Shown here one piece after another: positions 1 through 7,698 of a stretch of 32,000 nucleotides of DNA; position 1 is the first letter of the stretch, and each line of letters begins with the position of its first letter. This DNA comes from Patescibacteria group bacterium. Lineage in GTDB: Bacteria; Patescibacteriota; Patescibacteriia; 2-01-FULL-39-33. The notes under the pieces are model-generated. The model did not search any database and was not told the DNA's origin. It saw nothing but the letters and a program-made list of their open reading frames with translations. The DNA is taken from NCBI GenBank assembly GCA_041662745.1, contig JBAZRV010000003.1, positions 1-32,000 of the forward strand. The letters are read 5' to 3'. The position numbers and the translations under genes are program-made.

Positions 1-2853
1 ACGGAACGGACAAAAAAACAAAATCAAAATTTATTAACCGCAGGCCGCCAGAATCCAGCCAGCCAAAGAAGCCAATTACACAAACTTAATTACAGACCCT
101 TTCCTGTCGGTCTTTGGCTGGCGGTTCCGGCGCAAGCGGCTACGATTATCAATCATCCGGACAACTCGGCTATTGCCGTTAACACCACTTGGCATGACGG
201 CGAGGTCCATGTGATTGCCGATGGCGCTACTTTCTGGGTTAACCCTAATGCTAAATTGGTTATTGAAGCGGGGGTGGTGCTGAAAGTCGGCTACAATTCC
301 GTTATCAGGGTTAATGGCGATTTGGCCGTCAAGGGCACGGCCGATAAGCTGGTGGAAATCGTTTCTTTGCGCGATGACACTGTCGCCGGCGATACGAATG
401 GCGATGGTTTGGCGACTGTTGCCAATCTTAACGATTGGCGAGGGATTATGCTGGAAGGTCACCGTTACAATTCCATAGTTAATGCGGAATTCAATTATGC
501 GGTCATTAAGCACGGCGGCCGGGGCTGGCCCAGGGGCATGGTTATTAATACAACCAAAGTTGCTTCATTGAAGATTGATCATTGCAATATTATTGATAAT
601 AGCGGTATTGTATTTATTGATGCCTCCTCCGGAAATGTCAGCATTCATAACTCTAATTTTTATAGTCCCGATTTTTGCGATTATAATGACAGCGTTAATT
701 TGTGCCATTGGGATAATGGCGTTACTAATTTTTCTTCTCAGACTACTGATTTAAGCAATAATTATTGGGGTTCGCCGGCCGGACCGACTTATACCACCGG
801 TCCCGACCCGACGGTTTTCACCGGTGTGGTTTTGGGCAATCCGGTTAACGGCAATGTGATTTACCAGCCGTTTGCCACTCAACCATTTGTTTTTGGCGTT
901 AAAGAGTTGAACCCGGTAATATTGATACCTGGTATTATGGGCAGTTGGAACGTTTCCGGCCAGTGGCGGTTGGATCCGGTTTTACACACCTATGACGATT
1001 TGTGGGCCGCGCTTCAGGTCGCCGGATATGAAGAAGGCAAGACTTTATTTGCCTTGCCCTATGAATGGCGACACTCCAATTTGGATACCATGACGCATTT
1101 GCGCGATAAGATTAATGAGGTAAAAGAGATTTGCCAATGCGACAAAGTTGATTTGATCGGCCATTCCATGGGCGGATTGGTAGCGCGCGCCTATATTGAG
1201 GGGCCGTTTTACGGCGATGATGTGGATAAGGTGGTATTTTTGGCCACGCCGCATCGCGGTGCCACTAAAACTTATTTAATGTGGGAAGGGGGAAGTGTTG
1301 GAATAATGTGGTTTGATCAAATACTACAAAGAATTTTTGATGTCGAGGCAGAATCAAATGGCTACGGTTATATTTCCCAGTATCTCAAGAATTATCCTAT
1401 TTTGTCGGTTAAAGAGCTTTTGCCGATTTATGATTATTTGCGCGACAAGGCAACCGGATTATTAAGAAATTATCCTGACAATTATCCGCGCAATGAGTTC
1501 TTGGAATTTTTGAATTCGCCTGACGCCTTGGCAAAACTGAGCGCCGTTAAAATTTTTAATTTTATCGCCAACAGCGGAGATGACAGCACTGTTGATTCTT
1601 TGCGCGTAGTTTCCAGCTCCAGCGCTTTTAGTGAATGGGAATACGGTTATCCGGAAAATTATGATTCTTTTTTCGGTGATCATGGTTTGGAGTATAACGC
1701 CGGCGACACCACCGTACCGCAAAGAAGCAATATTGATTTCGCCGGCGCTGAAAATATTTTTATAAATAGTGATCATACCAGCATCATTACTGACGCGCAG
1801 AAGGCTGTAATCAAAGACTTGACCGGCATTGAGCCGACACAGGAAATAAGGCAGAATCTAATACGGAAAGTTTTTATGGTTAGGATTTTTTCTCCGGCTG
1901 ATTTTTTGATTGTCGCGCCGGACGGCAAGCGTTTAGGCCGCGATAGCCAGACCGGTCAGGATGTTTCAGAAATTTCCGGCGCTTATTATTCGGGCAGCGC
2001 CGGCGGACCGGAGTATGCCATTATTCCCGAACCGTTAGCCGGCGATTATCGGATCGGGTTATCGGGCACGGGCAATGGCGAATACCGATTAAGCGCCAGT
2101 CTTATCAGCGATGCCATATCCGCAGACAACGATTTCAGCGGTCAGATCGTTACGGGTCAAAGCAGGGATTTTGTTGTCAGTTATTCGGACGCGGCAGGAG
2201 CTGGCGAACTTAAGCCTCAAGACAATACTCCGCCGATTATAACTATCATGAGTCCTGATGCTGTCTCCGCTTATCTTCGCCGTAGCGAGCTCAAGCTTGA
2301 TTATGCGGTTAGCGATGATTTTTCCGGTGTCGGCGAAATTGCCCTTGCCATTGACGGACAAGCCATTGCCACTGCAACTGTTGATTTGTCGGCCTATGTT
2401 GCCGGCCAACACTTGCTGAGTGTTACGGCGCGCGATTTGGCTGGCAACGAGGCAACAGCCACAACGGTCTTTATCGTGTCTGCCTCCATTGTTTCCGCCA
2501 TAGCGGATATCAATGATTTTTACAGCCAGGGCTTGATCAGCAAGAAAAATCAGAATTTGCTTGCCAATCCTTTGGAATTATTGCAAGTAAAGTTCAGGGT
2601 TAACGATTTGGCCTTATTTTTAGCTCAAAGAGCTCGTGATTTGTTGGCTGACAATGATAAATTAAAACCGGCGGTTAAGGAAAAGTTATTAGGCGAAGCT
2701 GATAAGGCCATAGAAAAAATAAAGACGAACAGGCGGGAAATAATAACTAAACAGCTGGATATTTTTGATAAGCGACTGGACGAAGAAATGATTGCCGGTC
2801 AAGTTTATGATATACTTAAGGCAGACAGTATTTATTTAAGAAATAATCTATAA
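1..2853 (+). CDS. Secreted multidomain lipase/esterase, 5'-partial (beta-helix-like repeats + LCAT/PGAP1-like alpha/beta-hydrolase + beta-sandwich/Ig-like modules + helical tail)
   Basis: The track starts this ORF at GTG 211. The same frame has no stop back to nt 1 and no ATG/GTG/TTG in 1-210. The upstream translation (..NTTWHDGEVHV|IADGATFWVNPNAKLVIEAGVVLKV) reads as continuous protein, so the start is probably upstream of the window. Lipase signatures: PGIMGSW, nucleophile elbow GHSMGG (Ser codon 1165-1167), candidate Asp in GDTTVP (1705-1707), candidate His in SDHTS (1774-1776). DNTPPIITIMSPD..LDYAVSDDFSGVG resembles a bacterial Ig-like module. Confidence 0.8.
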   Translation, partial: TERTKKQNQNLLTAGRQNPASQRSQLHKLNYRPFPVGLWLAVPAQAATIINHPDNSAIAVNTTWHDGEVHVIADGATFWVNPNAKLVIEAGVVLKVGYNSVIRVNGDLAVKGTADKLVEIVSLRDDTVAGDTNGDGLATVANLNDWRGIMLEGHRYNSIVNAEFNYAVIKHGGRGWPRGMVINTTKVASLKIDHCNIIDNSGIVFIDASSGNVSIHNSNFYSPDFCDYNDSVNLCHWDNGVTNFSSQTTDLSNNYWGSPAGPTYTTGPDPTVFTGVVLGNPVNGNVIYQPFATQPFVFGVKELNPVILIPGIMGSWNVSGQWRLDPVLHTYDDLWAALQVAGYEEGKTLFALPYEWRHSNLDTMTHLRDKINEVKEICQCDKVDLIGHSMGGLVARAYIEGPFYGDDVDKVVFLATPHRGATKTYLMWEGGSVGIMWFDQILQRIFDVEAESNGYGYISQYLKNYPILSVKELLPIYDYLRDKATGLLRNYPDNYPRNEFLEFLNSPDALAKLSAVKIFNFIANSGDDSTVDSLRVVSSSSAFSEWEYGYPENYDSFFGDHGLEYNAGDTTVPQRSNIDFAGAENIFINSDHTSIITDAQKAVIKDLTGIEPTQEIRQNLIRKVFMVRIFSPADFLIVAPDGKRLGRDSQTGQDVSEISGAYYSGSAGGPEYAIIPEPLAGDYRIGLSGTGNGEYRLSASLISDAISADNDFSGQIVTGQSRDFVVSYSDAAGAGELKPQDNTPPIITIMSPDAVSAYLRRSELKLDYAVSDDFSGVGEIALAIDGQAIATATVDLSAYVAGQHLLSVTARDLAGNEATATTVFIVSASIVSAIADINDFYSQGLISKKNQNLLANPLELLQVKFRVNDLALFLAQRARDLLADNDKLKPAVKEKLLGEADKAIEKIKTNRREIITKQLDIFDKRLDEEMIAGQVYDILKADSIYLRNNL

Positions 2854-2857
2854 AAAT

Positions 2858-3247
2858 ATGAACAGTAAAAGTAAGAATTGGTTATTGATTTTATTTGCAG
2901 TTGTACTAGTAATAATTTCAACTCCGATTTTTGGTTTGTTTTATAAGTTGTATTTTGGACCAGTTACGGGCGGATTTTTTTGGGGGCCAAGTCATCAAGA
3001 AAATATACCTGGATTTTTTATGAGTTATGTTTTTGTAGTTACTGTGATTAGCACTGTATTTATAAGCAGGAATAAATACAAAATTATTTTTGCTCTGTTA
3101 ATTATCCCATTTTTATTAATTATTACTTTTAGATTAGGAAATGATTTAGTTATAGATTCAATCTTAGTTTTTTTTGGCTGGTTAATTGGTGAAGGTGTTT
3201 TGCGTTTATATCAAGTATACCAAGCGTCAAAGAATAAGAAAAAATAG
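2858..3247 (+). CDS. Small integral membrane protein (about 4 TM helices), hypothetical
   Basis: 129-aa ORF whose ATG lies 4 nt after the lipase stop. Four hydrophobic stretches and a Lys-rich C-terminus (KNKKK). Conspicuously more AT-rich than its neighbours by eye. Confidence 0.65.
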   Translation: MNSKSKNWLLILFAVVLVIISTPIFGLFYKLYFGPVTGGFFWGPSHQENIPGFFMSYVFVVTVISTVFISRNKYKIIFALLIIPFLLIITFRLGNDLVIDSILVFFGWLIGEGVLRLYQVYQASKNKKK

Positions 3248-3260
3248 CGTTGAACATAAT

Positions 3261-3292
3261 GCCTGCCGTTAGTTTGACCGCTAATGGCAGGC
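3261..3292 (+). terminator. Strong hairpin after the 4-TM gene (terminator-like, no U-tract)
   Basis: gcctgccgttag (3261-3272) pairs with ctaatggcaggc (3281-3292). This is 12 bp including one G-U pair, with an 8-nt loop. No T-run follows, so terminator function is uncertain. Confidence 0.45.
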
Positions 3293-3318
3293 GAGCAATA
3301 TTGAGGTTAAAATATAAT

Positions 3319-3347
3319 TTGACGGAAAAATTCAACAGTGCTATAAT
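3319..3347 (+). promoter_or_regulatory. Sigma70-type promoter of the SAM riboswitch-metK unit
   Basis: TTGACG (3319-3324), 17-nt spacer, TATAAT (3342-3347) preceded by TGc (extended -10). Confidence 0.75.
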
Positions 3348-3364
3348 GCAATTGACAACTGAAT

Positions 3365-3467
3365 AATTATCAAGAGTGCGGTGAGGGATCCAGCCCGATG
3401 AGCCGCCGACAACCGCCGAATTATCGGAAAGGTGCCAATTCTGGCCCAGTAATGGGGGAGATAAGTT
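3365..3467 (+). promoter_or_regulatory. SAM-I (S-box) riboswitch aptamer
   Basis: Matches the S-box core as I recall it: TTATCAAGAG..GGTGAGGGA..CAGCCCGATGAGCC..ACAACC..GGTGCCAATTC..GAGATAAG. P1 is TTATC (3367-3371) paired with GATAA (3460-3464). It lies directly upstream of metK. Confidence 0.85.
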
Positions 3468-3478
3468 TTACGATTTTA

Positions 3479-3507
3479 TTCTTCCTCAAAAGGGAAGGAT
3501 TTTTTTA
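3479..3507 (+). terminator. Riboswitch expression-platform intrinsic terminator
   Basis: ttcttcc (3479-3485) pairs with ggaagga (3493-3499), 7-nt loop, followed by T8 (3500-3507). It sits 20 nt before the metK ATG. Confidence 0.8.
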
Positions 3508-3527
3508 TAAAAAATAATATAAAACCT

Positions 3528-4679
3528 ATGACCAAGACCATTCTTAAGACTTGCGAATCGGTGTGCGCCGGCCACCCGGACAAAATTTGCGATCAAATCA
3601 GCGATGCTGTTTTAGACGCCTGTCTATCCCAGGATCCAAGCTCTCGCGTCGCTTGCGAATGCTTGATCAAGGATGACAATCTGATTATGGCCGGAGAAAT
3701 CACCAGTAACGCGCAGGTTGATTATGTCGGAATCGCCAAGCAGACGCTTAAAGAAATCGGTTACACGCCGGAAGAGGTGGACGGTTTTAAAATTCAATCG
3801 CTTATCAGCAAGCAATCGCCGGACATTGCTCAAGGCGTGGACGCCGGCGGAGCGGGGGATCAAGGCATGATGTACGGTTACGCCTCGGCGGAAACCGAAG
3901 AGTTGTTGCCCTTGCCCTTGGTTTTGGCTCATAATCTCTGTCGGAAGTTGGCTGACTTGCGCCAATCGGATCAGAACAGTCCGCTTAAGCCGGATGGCAA
4001 GGCGCAGGTGACTATCAGATATGAAAACGGCCGACCCGTAGCCGCTGATGCCATCGTCGTCTCCACCCAGCATTCCGCGGAAATCAGCCAGTATGATTTG
4101 GAGCAATATGTTTTGAAAAATGTGATTATTCCCGTGGCCGGAGATTGGCTGGTGGCCGGCTTGACCGTTAATCCGCATCTGAAAAAGTCATTGGCCGAAC
4201 CGACCAAAATTTTTATCAACCCGACCGGACGGTTTGAAGTGGGCGGTCCGTTCGGCGATTGCGGAGTTACCGGCAGGAAAATCGTTGTGGACACATACGG
4301 CGGTATCGGCCGAGTGGGTGGCGGAGCTTTTTCCGGCAAGGATCCGTCCAAAGTTGATCGCAGTGCCGCTTATATGGCGCGTTACCTGGCAAAAAAATTA
4401 GTGTCGCTCGGTTATGGCGATGAAATTGAAGTCCGTTTGGCTTATGCCATCGGCGTGGCCCAGCCGATTGACGTTTCAGTGGATGTTATTACGTCCGTCG
4501 CCGAAGATTCATTAAATCTAAAAGCCAAACCGGCGCTTGATCCCGTGGCTTATATTTTGGCCAACTTTGATTTGTCTCCCGCCGGCATCATCAAATTATT
4601 GGATTTAAGACAGCCGGTTTATCGCCAGACAGCCGCTTACGGTCATTTTGGCCGGTCGGAATTCAGCTGGGAGAAATGA
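3528..4679 (+). CDS. metK: S-adenosylmethionine synthetase
   Basis: 383 aa with hallmark motifs GHPDKICDQISDAVLDA, GAGDQGMMYGYA and GGGAFSGKDPSKVDRSAAY. Ends at TGA. Confidence 0.97.
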   Translation: MTKTILKTCESVCAGHPDKICDQISDAVLDACLSQDPSSRVACECLIKDDNLIMAGEITSNAQVDYVGIAKQTLKEIGYTPEEVDGFKIQSLISKQSPDIAQGVDAGGAGDQGMMYGYASAETEELLPLPLVLAHNLCRKLADLRQSDQNSPLKPDGKAQVTIRYENGRPVAADAIVVSTQHSAEISQYDLEQYVLKNVIIPVAGDWLVAGLTVNPHLKKSLAEPTKIFINPTGRFEVGGPFGDCGVTGRKIVVDTYGGIGRVGGGAFSGKDPSKVDRSAAYMARYLAKKLVSLGYGDEIEVRLAYAIGVAQPIDVSVDVITSVAEDSLNLKAKPALDPVAYILANFDLSPAGIIKLLDLRQPVYRQTAAYGHFGRSEFSWEK

Positions 4680-4778
4680 AGTTGATCCCGCCGCCAAGCG
4701 GTCGGGGCATCAGGATTTTGATTTGATGTATTGCGCGCTGATTTTTTATGGTATAATTACAATATAACTTGTAATTAT

Positions 4779-5441
4779 ATGAAAAAAAATTTAATTTTAG
4801 TTTTAGTGGCGGCGGGGTTGCTGACGGCCGTTTCGGTTAGCGCCCATCAGTCGCGTTTGGCTTATCGGATGACGGCGGCCAAAGATGCGCCCATTGTTAT
4901 TACTAATGCCGATGTCTCGCAAGCATTCTACGGCCAACTTAAGGGGGAGATTGATTATTATGATTTACAGCTGGCCTCGCCGTTAGATTTCTATTTTCAA
5001 ATTTTAGTGCCTGATATCGCCGATATTCGCACCAGTCTGATAGCGCAACTAAACGATAGCAATGGCAAGCCGCTAGCAGTCTTGAACGGGCTGGGTTATC
5101 CTTGGCAGAAATTCCATGAGGATTTCGCCGGCGATGATTATTTGCAGGGGCCGGAAAAAAAGATCAGTTTGCCGGCCGGCGATTACCGCCTCATGGTTTC
5201 CAGCCCCAACAATCTGGGTAAGTATGTATTGGTGGTAGGAGAGAAAGAATCATTCCCGTTGGGCGAGTCATTGAAGACGTTACGGCTCTTGCCCGGATTG
5301 AAAAAGTTTTTCAATAAGCCGCTGTGGGCGATTTATGAGGGTCGCATCGGTTCCGGCTTGCTTGTCGCCACCTTAATCGTTTTGGCAGTAATTCTCTTGA
5401 TTGTCGGTTTTGTCTTATTTGAGCGGCGCAAAAAAAAGTAG
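4779..5441 (+). CDS. Secreted/membrane-tethered hypothetical protein (signal peptide + C-terminal TM anchor)
   Basis: The track start TTG 4731 looks like a -35 element, with TGgTATAAT at 4749-4757. ATG 4779 gives MKKNLILVLVAAGLLTAVSVSA-HQ, a typical signal peptide. The C-terminus has a hydrophobic helix plus RRKKK. Confidence 0.7.
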   Translation: MKKNLILVLVAAGLLTAVSVSAHQSRLAYRMTAAKDAPIVITNADVSQAFYGQLKGEIDYYDLQLASPLDFYFQILVPDIADIRTSLIAQLNDSNGKPLAVLNGLGYPWQKFHEDFAGDDYLQGPEKKISLPAGDYRLMVSSPNNLGKYVLVVGEKESFPLGESLKTLRLLPGLKKFFNKPLWAIYEGRIGSGLLVATLIVLAVILLIVGFVLFERRKKK

Positions 5442-5455
5442 AAATGACTGATTTT

Positions 5456-5487
5456 AACTCCGGCCGGCCAAAGCCGGAGTTTGTTTT
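5456..5487 (+). terminator. Intrinsic terminator
   Basis: aactccggc (5456-5464) pairs with gccggagtt (5473-5481), followed by tgtttt. Confidence 0.75.
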
Positions 5488-5534
5488 AAGGTTAGTTGCC
5501 AAAATAATGCCTTTTTGTTAAACTTTATCCTGTT

Positions 5535-6254
5535 ATGGCTAATTCTGAATTACCGCGATTAAAATGCAGTCTGCGCCGTCTGGCCAGCCCGGCCAAAGCC
5601 GCCATTCTGTCGCGGTTTTTTAAAACCGGCCAGGGACAGTATGGTGAGGGTGATAAATTTCTTGGCGTAGCGGTGCCGGAGCAGAGAAAATTGGCGCGTC
5701 AGTGCAATCAGCTGGCTTTAAGCGATTTGGAAAAATTACTGCACAGCGGAATCCATGAAGAACGCCTGACCGCTTTGATTATTTTGGCTGATCAATTTAA
5801 GCGTGGCGACAGTAAAATCCAAGGGAAAATTTTTAAACTGTATCTTAAGAACACCCGCTATATTAATAATTGGGATTTGGTAGATTTGAGCGCGCCCAAT
5901 ATCGTCGGCGCTTGGTTATATCGGCGCGATCGTAGGATTTTGTATCGTTTGGCCGAATCAAAGTTGCTATGGGACAGGCGTATTGCCATGTTAGCCACAT
6001 TCTACTTTATTTGCCGAGGCGATTGCGTTGATACCATAAAAATCGCTAAGATTCTTTTGACTGATCAGCATGACTTGATACATAAGGCCGTCGGCTGGAT
6101 GTTAAGGGAGGTAGGCAAGCGAGGCAACGAAAAAGAATTGAAATTTTTTTTGGATCAGCATTCAGCTCGGATGCCGCGAACGATGTTGCGTTATGCCATT
6201 GAGCGATTGCCAACCGGGGAGCGCAAGAAATATTTAGCCAACAAGGAGGTTTAA
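5535..6254 (+). CDS. DNA alkylation repair protein (AlkD/AlkC-like HEAT-repeat glycosylase family)
   Basis: 239 aa. FFKTGQGQYGEGDKFLGV, NNWDLVDLSAPNIVG, LWDRRIAMLATF and KAVGWMLREVGK parallel the conserved blocks of Bacillus AlkD as I recall them. Confidence 0.8.
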   Translation: MANSELPRLKCSLRRLASPAKAAILSRFFKTGQGQYGEGDKFLGVAVPEQRKLARQCNQLALSDLEKLLHSGIHEERLTALIILADQFKRGDSKIQGKIFKLYLKNTRYINNWDLVDLSAPNIVGAWLYRRDRRILYRLAESKLLWDRRIAMLATFYFICRGDCVDTIKIAKILLTDQHDLIHKAVGWMLREVGKRGNEKELKFFLDQHSARMPRTMLRYAIERLPTGERKKYLANKEV

Positions 6255-6257
6255 AAT

Positions 6258-6929
6258 ATGAAAGTAAAAGCATCATTGCATGTGCACACTAAGGAGGATG
6301 TCCAAGACGGCAAGATAATCAATTACACCACCCAAGAGGTGATTGATCGGGCCGCTGTTTTGGATTTTAAGGTTTTAGCCGTGACCAACCATGATAAATT
6401 CGTCTGCGATCCCGTCATGGTGGCCTATGCCAAGACCAAAGGCATTTTGCTTTTGCCGGGGGTTGAAGTCCGCCTGAAGCGCAAGCACATGCTGATTTTA
6501 AATTGCGGTGCCGAAGCCGATGAAGTGGCTGACTTTGATCGGTTGGCCAAATGGCGACAGGAGCATCCCGAGTCTTTTATTATCGTACCCCATCCCAATC
6601 ATGGTATGGGGGTATCGTTGGGACTTAAGGATTTACGTCGTTATCATGATCTTTTTGACGCGGTGGAGCATAGTTGGTTTTATAGCAGATGGCTTAATCC
6701 CAACAAAAAAATTGAACGGGCGTGTGAAGAATTGCATAAGCCGTTTATCGCCACCTCCGATCTGCACACCATGGATTATTTAGCCGGCGATTACGCTGTT
6801 TTGGATGTGCCGGAATTAACTCCGGAAGCGGTTTTTACGGCTATTAGAAATGGTGATTTTTTAAACGTCAGCCAGTCCAAAACATTATGGGAGCTGATTC
6901 GGTTCAGCGTTTGGATGGGGTTGCATTAG
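6258..6929 (+). CDS. PHP-domain metal-dependent phosphoesterase
   Basis: 223 aa. PHP motifs LHVHT, VTNHD, VPHPNH and TSDLHT. The ATG lies 3 nt after the upstream stop. Confidence 0.8.
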   Translation: MKVKASLHVHTKEDVQDGKIINYTTQEVIDRAAVLDFKVLAVTNHDKFVCDPVMVAYAKTKGILLLPGVEVRLKRKHMLILNCGAEADEVADFDRLAKWRQEHPESFIIVPHPNHGMGVSLGLKDLRRYHDLFDAVEHSWFYSRWLNPNKKIERACEELHKPFIATSDLHTMDYLAGDYAVLDVPELTPEAVFTAIRNGDFLNVSQSKTLWELIRFSVWMGLH

Positions 6930-6970
6930 TTCTTTATTCTATAATATTTTTACGGTTGTACAACTAAATT

Positions 6971-6997
6971 ATGACCCGCAAAACGGGTCATTTTTGT
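6971..6997 (+). terminator. Intrinsic terminator
   Basis: atgacccg / cgggtcat stem, caaaa loop, then T5. Flanked by an outer 9-nt inverted repeat, aactaaatt (6962-6970) and aatttagtt (7001-7009). Confidence 0.8.
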
Positions 6998-7046
6998 TTA
7001 AATTTAGTTATATTATTGTTTTAAGGCGGTAGCTTTTTTATCCGGC

Positions 7047-7075
7047 TTGACTTTTATTGTTTGGTAGGCTATAAT
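7047..7075 (+). promoter_or_regulatory. Near-consensus sigma70 promoter
   Basis: TTGACT (7047-7052), 17-nt spacer, TATAAT (7070-7075). The track's ATG 7074 lies inside the -10 hexamer. Confidence 0.75.
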
Positions 7076-7148
7076 GGCAGTCTGTTCTTTGAAAGTCGGT
7101 GTGGATAAGCAGTTGGAAGTGACCGCAAGGTCAAAGGAGGTGGCGTTA

Positions 7149-7586
7149 ATGCCTGATCATGAAAGAGTCAATGGGATACACCTGCGTTATTTAGTGATAG
7201 AAACGCTCAATATCATATTGCGCGGCGCCGGTATATCTGATCGCAAATTGCTGTTGAAGATGTATGAGATGGTAGTTGATGAAGATTTTCCGGCTAAATT
7301 GCGATTGGTTGAAGCCCAAGAAAGTTTTTTCCGTATTAAAATCGGGAACCTCTTTGAGTTGCGATTTGTGGATCGCGATAATCGAGTATCGGTTCATATT
7401 ATCAATAACCGGCGCAGTTTAACCATTGATTACGATGGTTGCCATTCCGGACAAATCAGGGCCCGACATTTAGTGGAAATCGCTCAATATTTTATTCAAT
7501 ATGCTAATGACCTTGATCCGAAAAAACGCAGCGATAAAACGACGCGGCAGAATCTTGAAGCCTTAGGCATAAGCGTTGACAGTTGA
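7149..7586 (+). CDS. Hypothetical cytoplasmic protein (145 aa)
   Basis: ATG 7149 is preceded by AAGGAGG (7134-7140) at 8-nt spacing. The track start 7074 is rejected (see promoter). I recognise no motif. Confidence 0.7.
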   Translation: MPDHERVNGIHLRYLVIETLNIILRGAGISDRKLLLKMYEMVVDEDFPAKLRLVEAQESFFRIKIGNLFELRFVDRDNRVSVHIINNRRSLTIDYDGCHSGQIRARHLVEIAQYFIQYANDLDPKKRSDKTTRQNLEALGISVDS

Positions 7587-7595
7587 TTGCTCTTT

Positions 7596-7632
7596 AGCCG
7601 TTCGGTAAAACCGAGCGGTTTTTATTTTTTTT
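7596..7632 (+). terminator. Intrinsic terminator
   Basis: ccgttcgg (7598-7605) pairs with ccgagcgg (7611-7618), loop taaaa, then a long T-run (7619-7632). Confidence 0.8.
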
Positions 7633-7653
7633 AGACAGCGTTTCTTAAGAGCT

Positions 7654-7680
7654 AAAAAAAGGAAGCCTATTGCGGCTTCC
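7654..7680 (-). terminator. Intrinsic terminator of the minus-strand 179-aa gene
   Basis: ggaagcc (7661-7667) pairs with ggcttcc (7674-7680). The A7 at 7654-7660 is a T-run on the minus strand. It lies 18 nt past the stop at 7699. Confidence 0.8.
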
Positions 7681-7698
7681 GTTATAAAGTGCTTGAGG

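Noticed and set aside
76-513. Minus-strand and alternate-frame ORFs from the track that lie inside well-supported genes. Examples: 76..513, 1045..1254, 1462..1776, 2089..2412, 3624..4178, 3971..4351, 9099..9467, 13200..13526, 13602..13943, 26773..27153, 27243..27902, 27892..28275, 28640..29063, 30258..31080.
   Set aside because: Each is fully embedded in a gene with clear family motifs on the other strand or frame. Their translations are low-complexity or Arg/Ser/Leu-rich shadow sequences, and they lack start-site signals.
4731-4778. Longer N-terminal extensions given by the ORF track (4731, 7074, 10017, 12373, 15320, 28500).
   Set aside because: In each case the extension overlaps promoter or SD elements or the upstream gene. 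A downstream ATG gives a canonical N-terminus: a signal peptide, MKIAVI.., SD-preceded MENQ.., MTSKLYVGG.., or MKRSEII...
7100-7108. Perfect DnaA-box 9-mer TGTGGATAA (TTATCCACA on the minus strand).
   Set aside because: It is a single copy. One perfect 9-mer is expected by chance at appreciable frequency in 64 kb of two-strand sequence. The only other matches are 7/9 and scattered (5523, 28491). There is no AT-rich unwinding element or dnaA/dnaN context, so this is not an origin.
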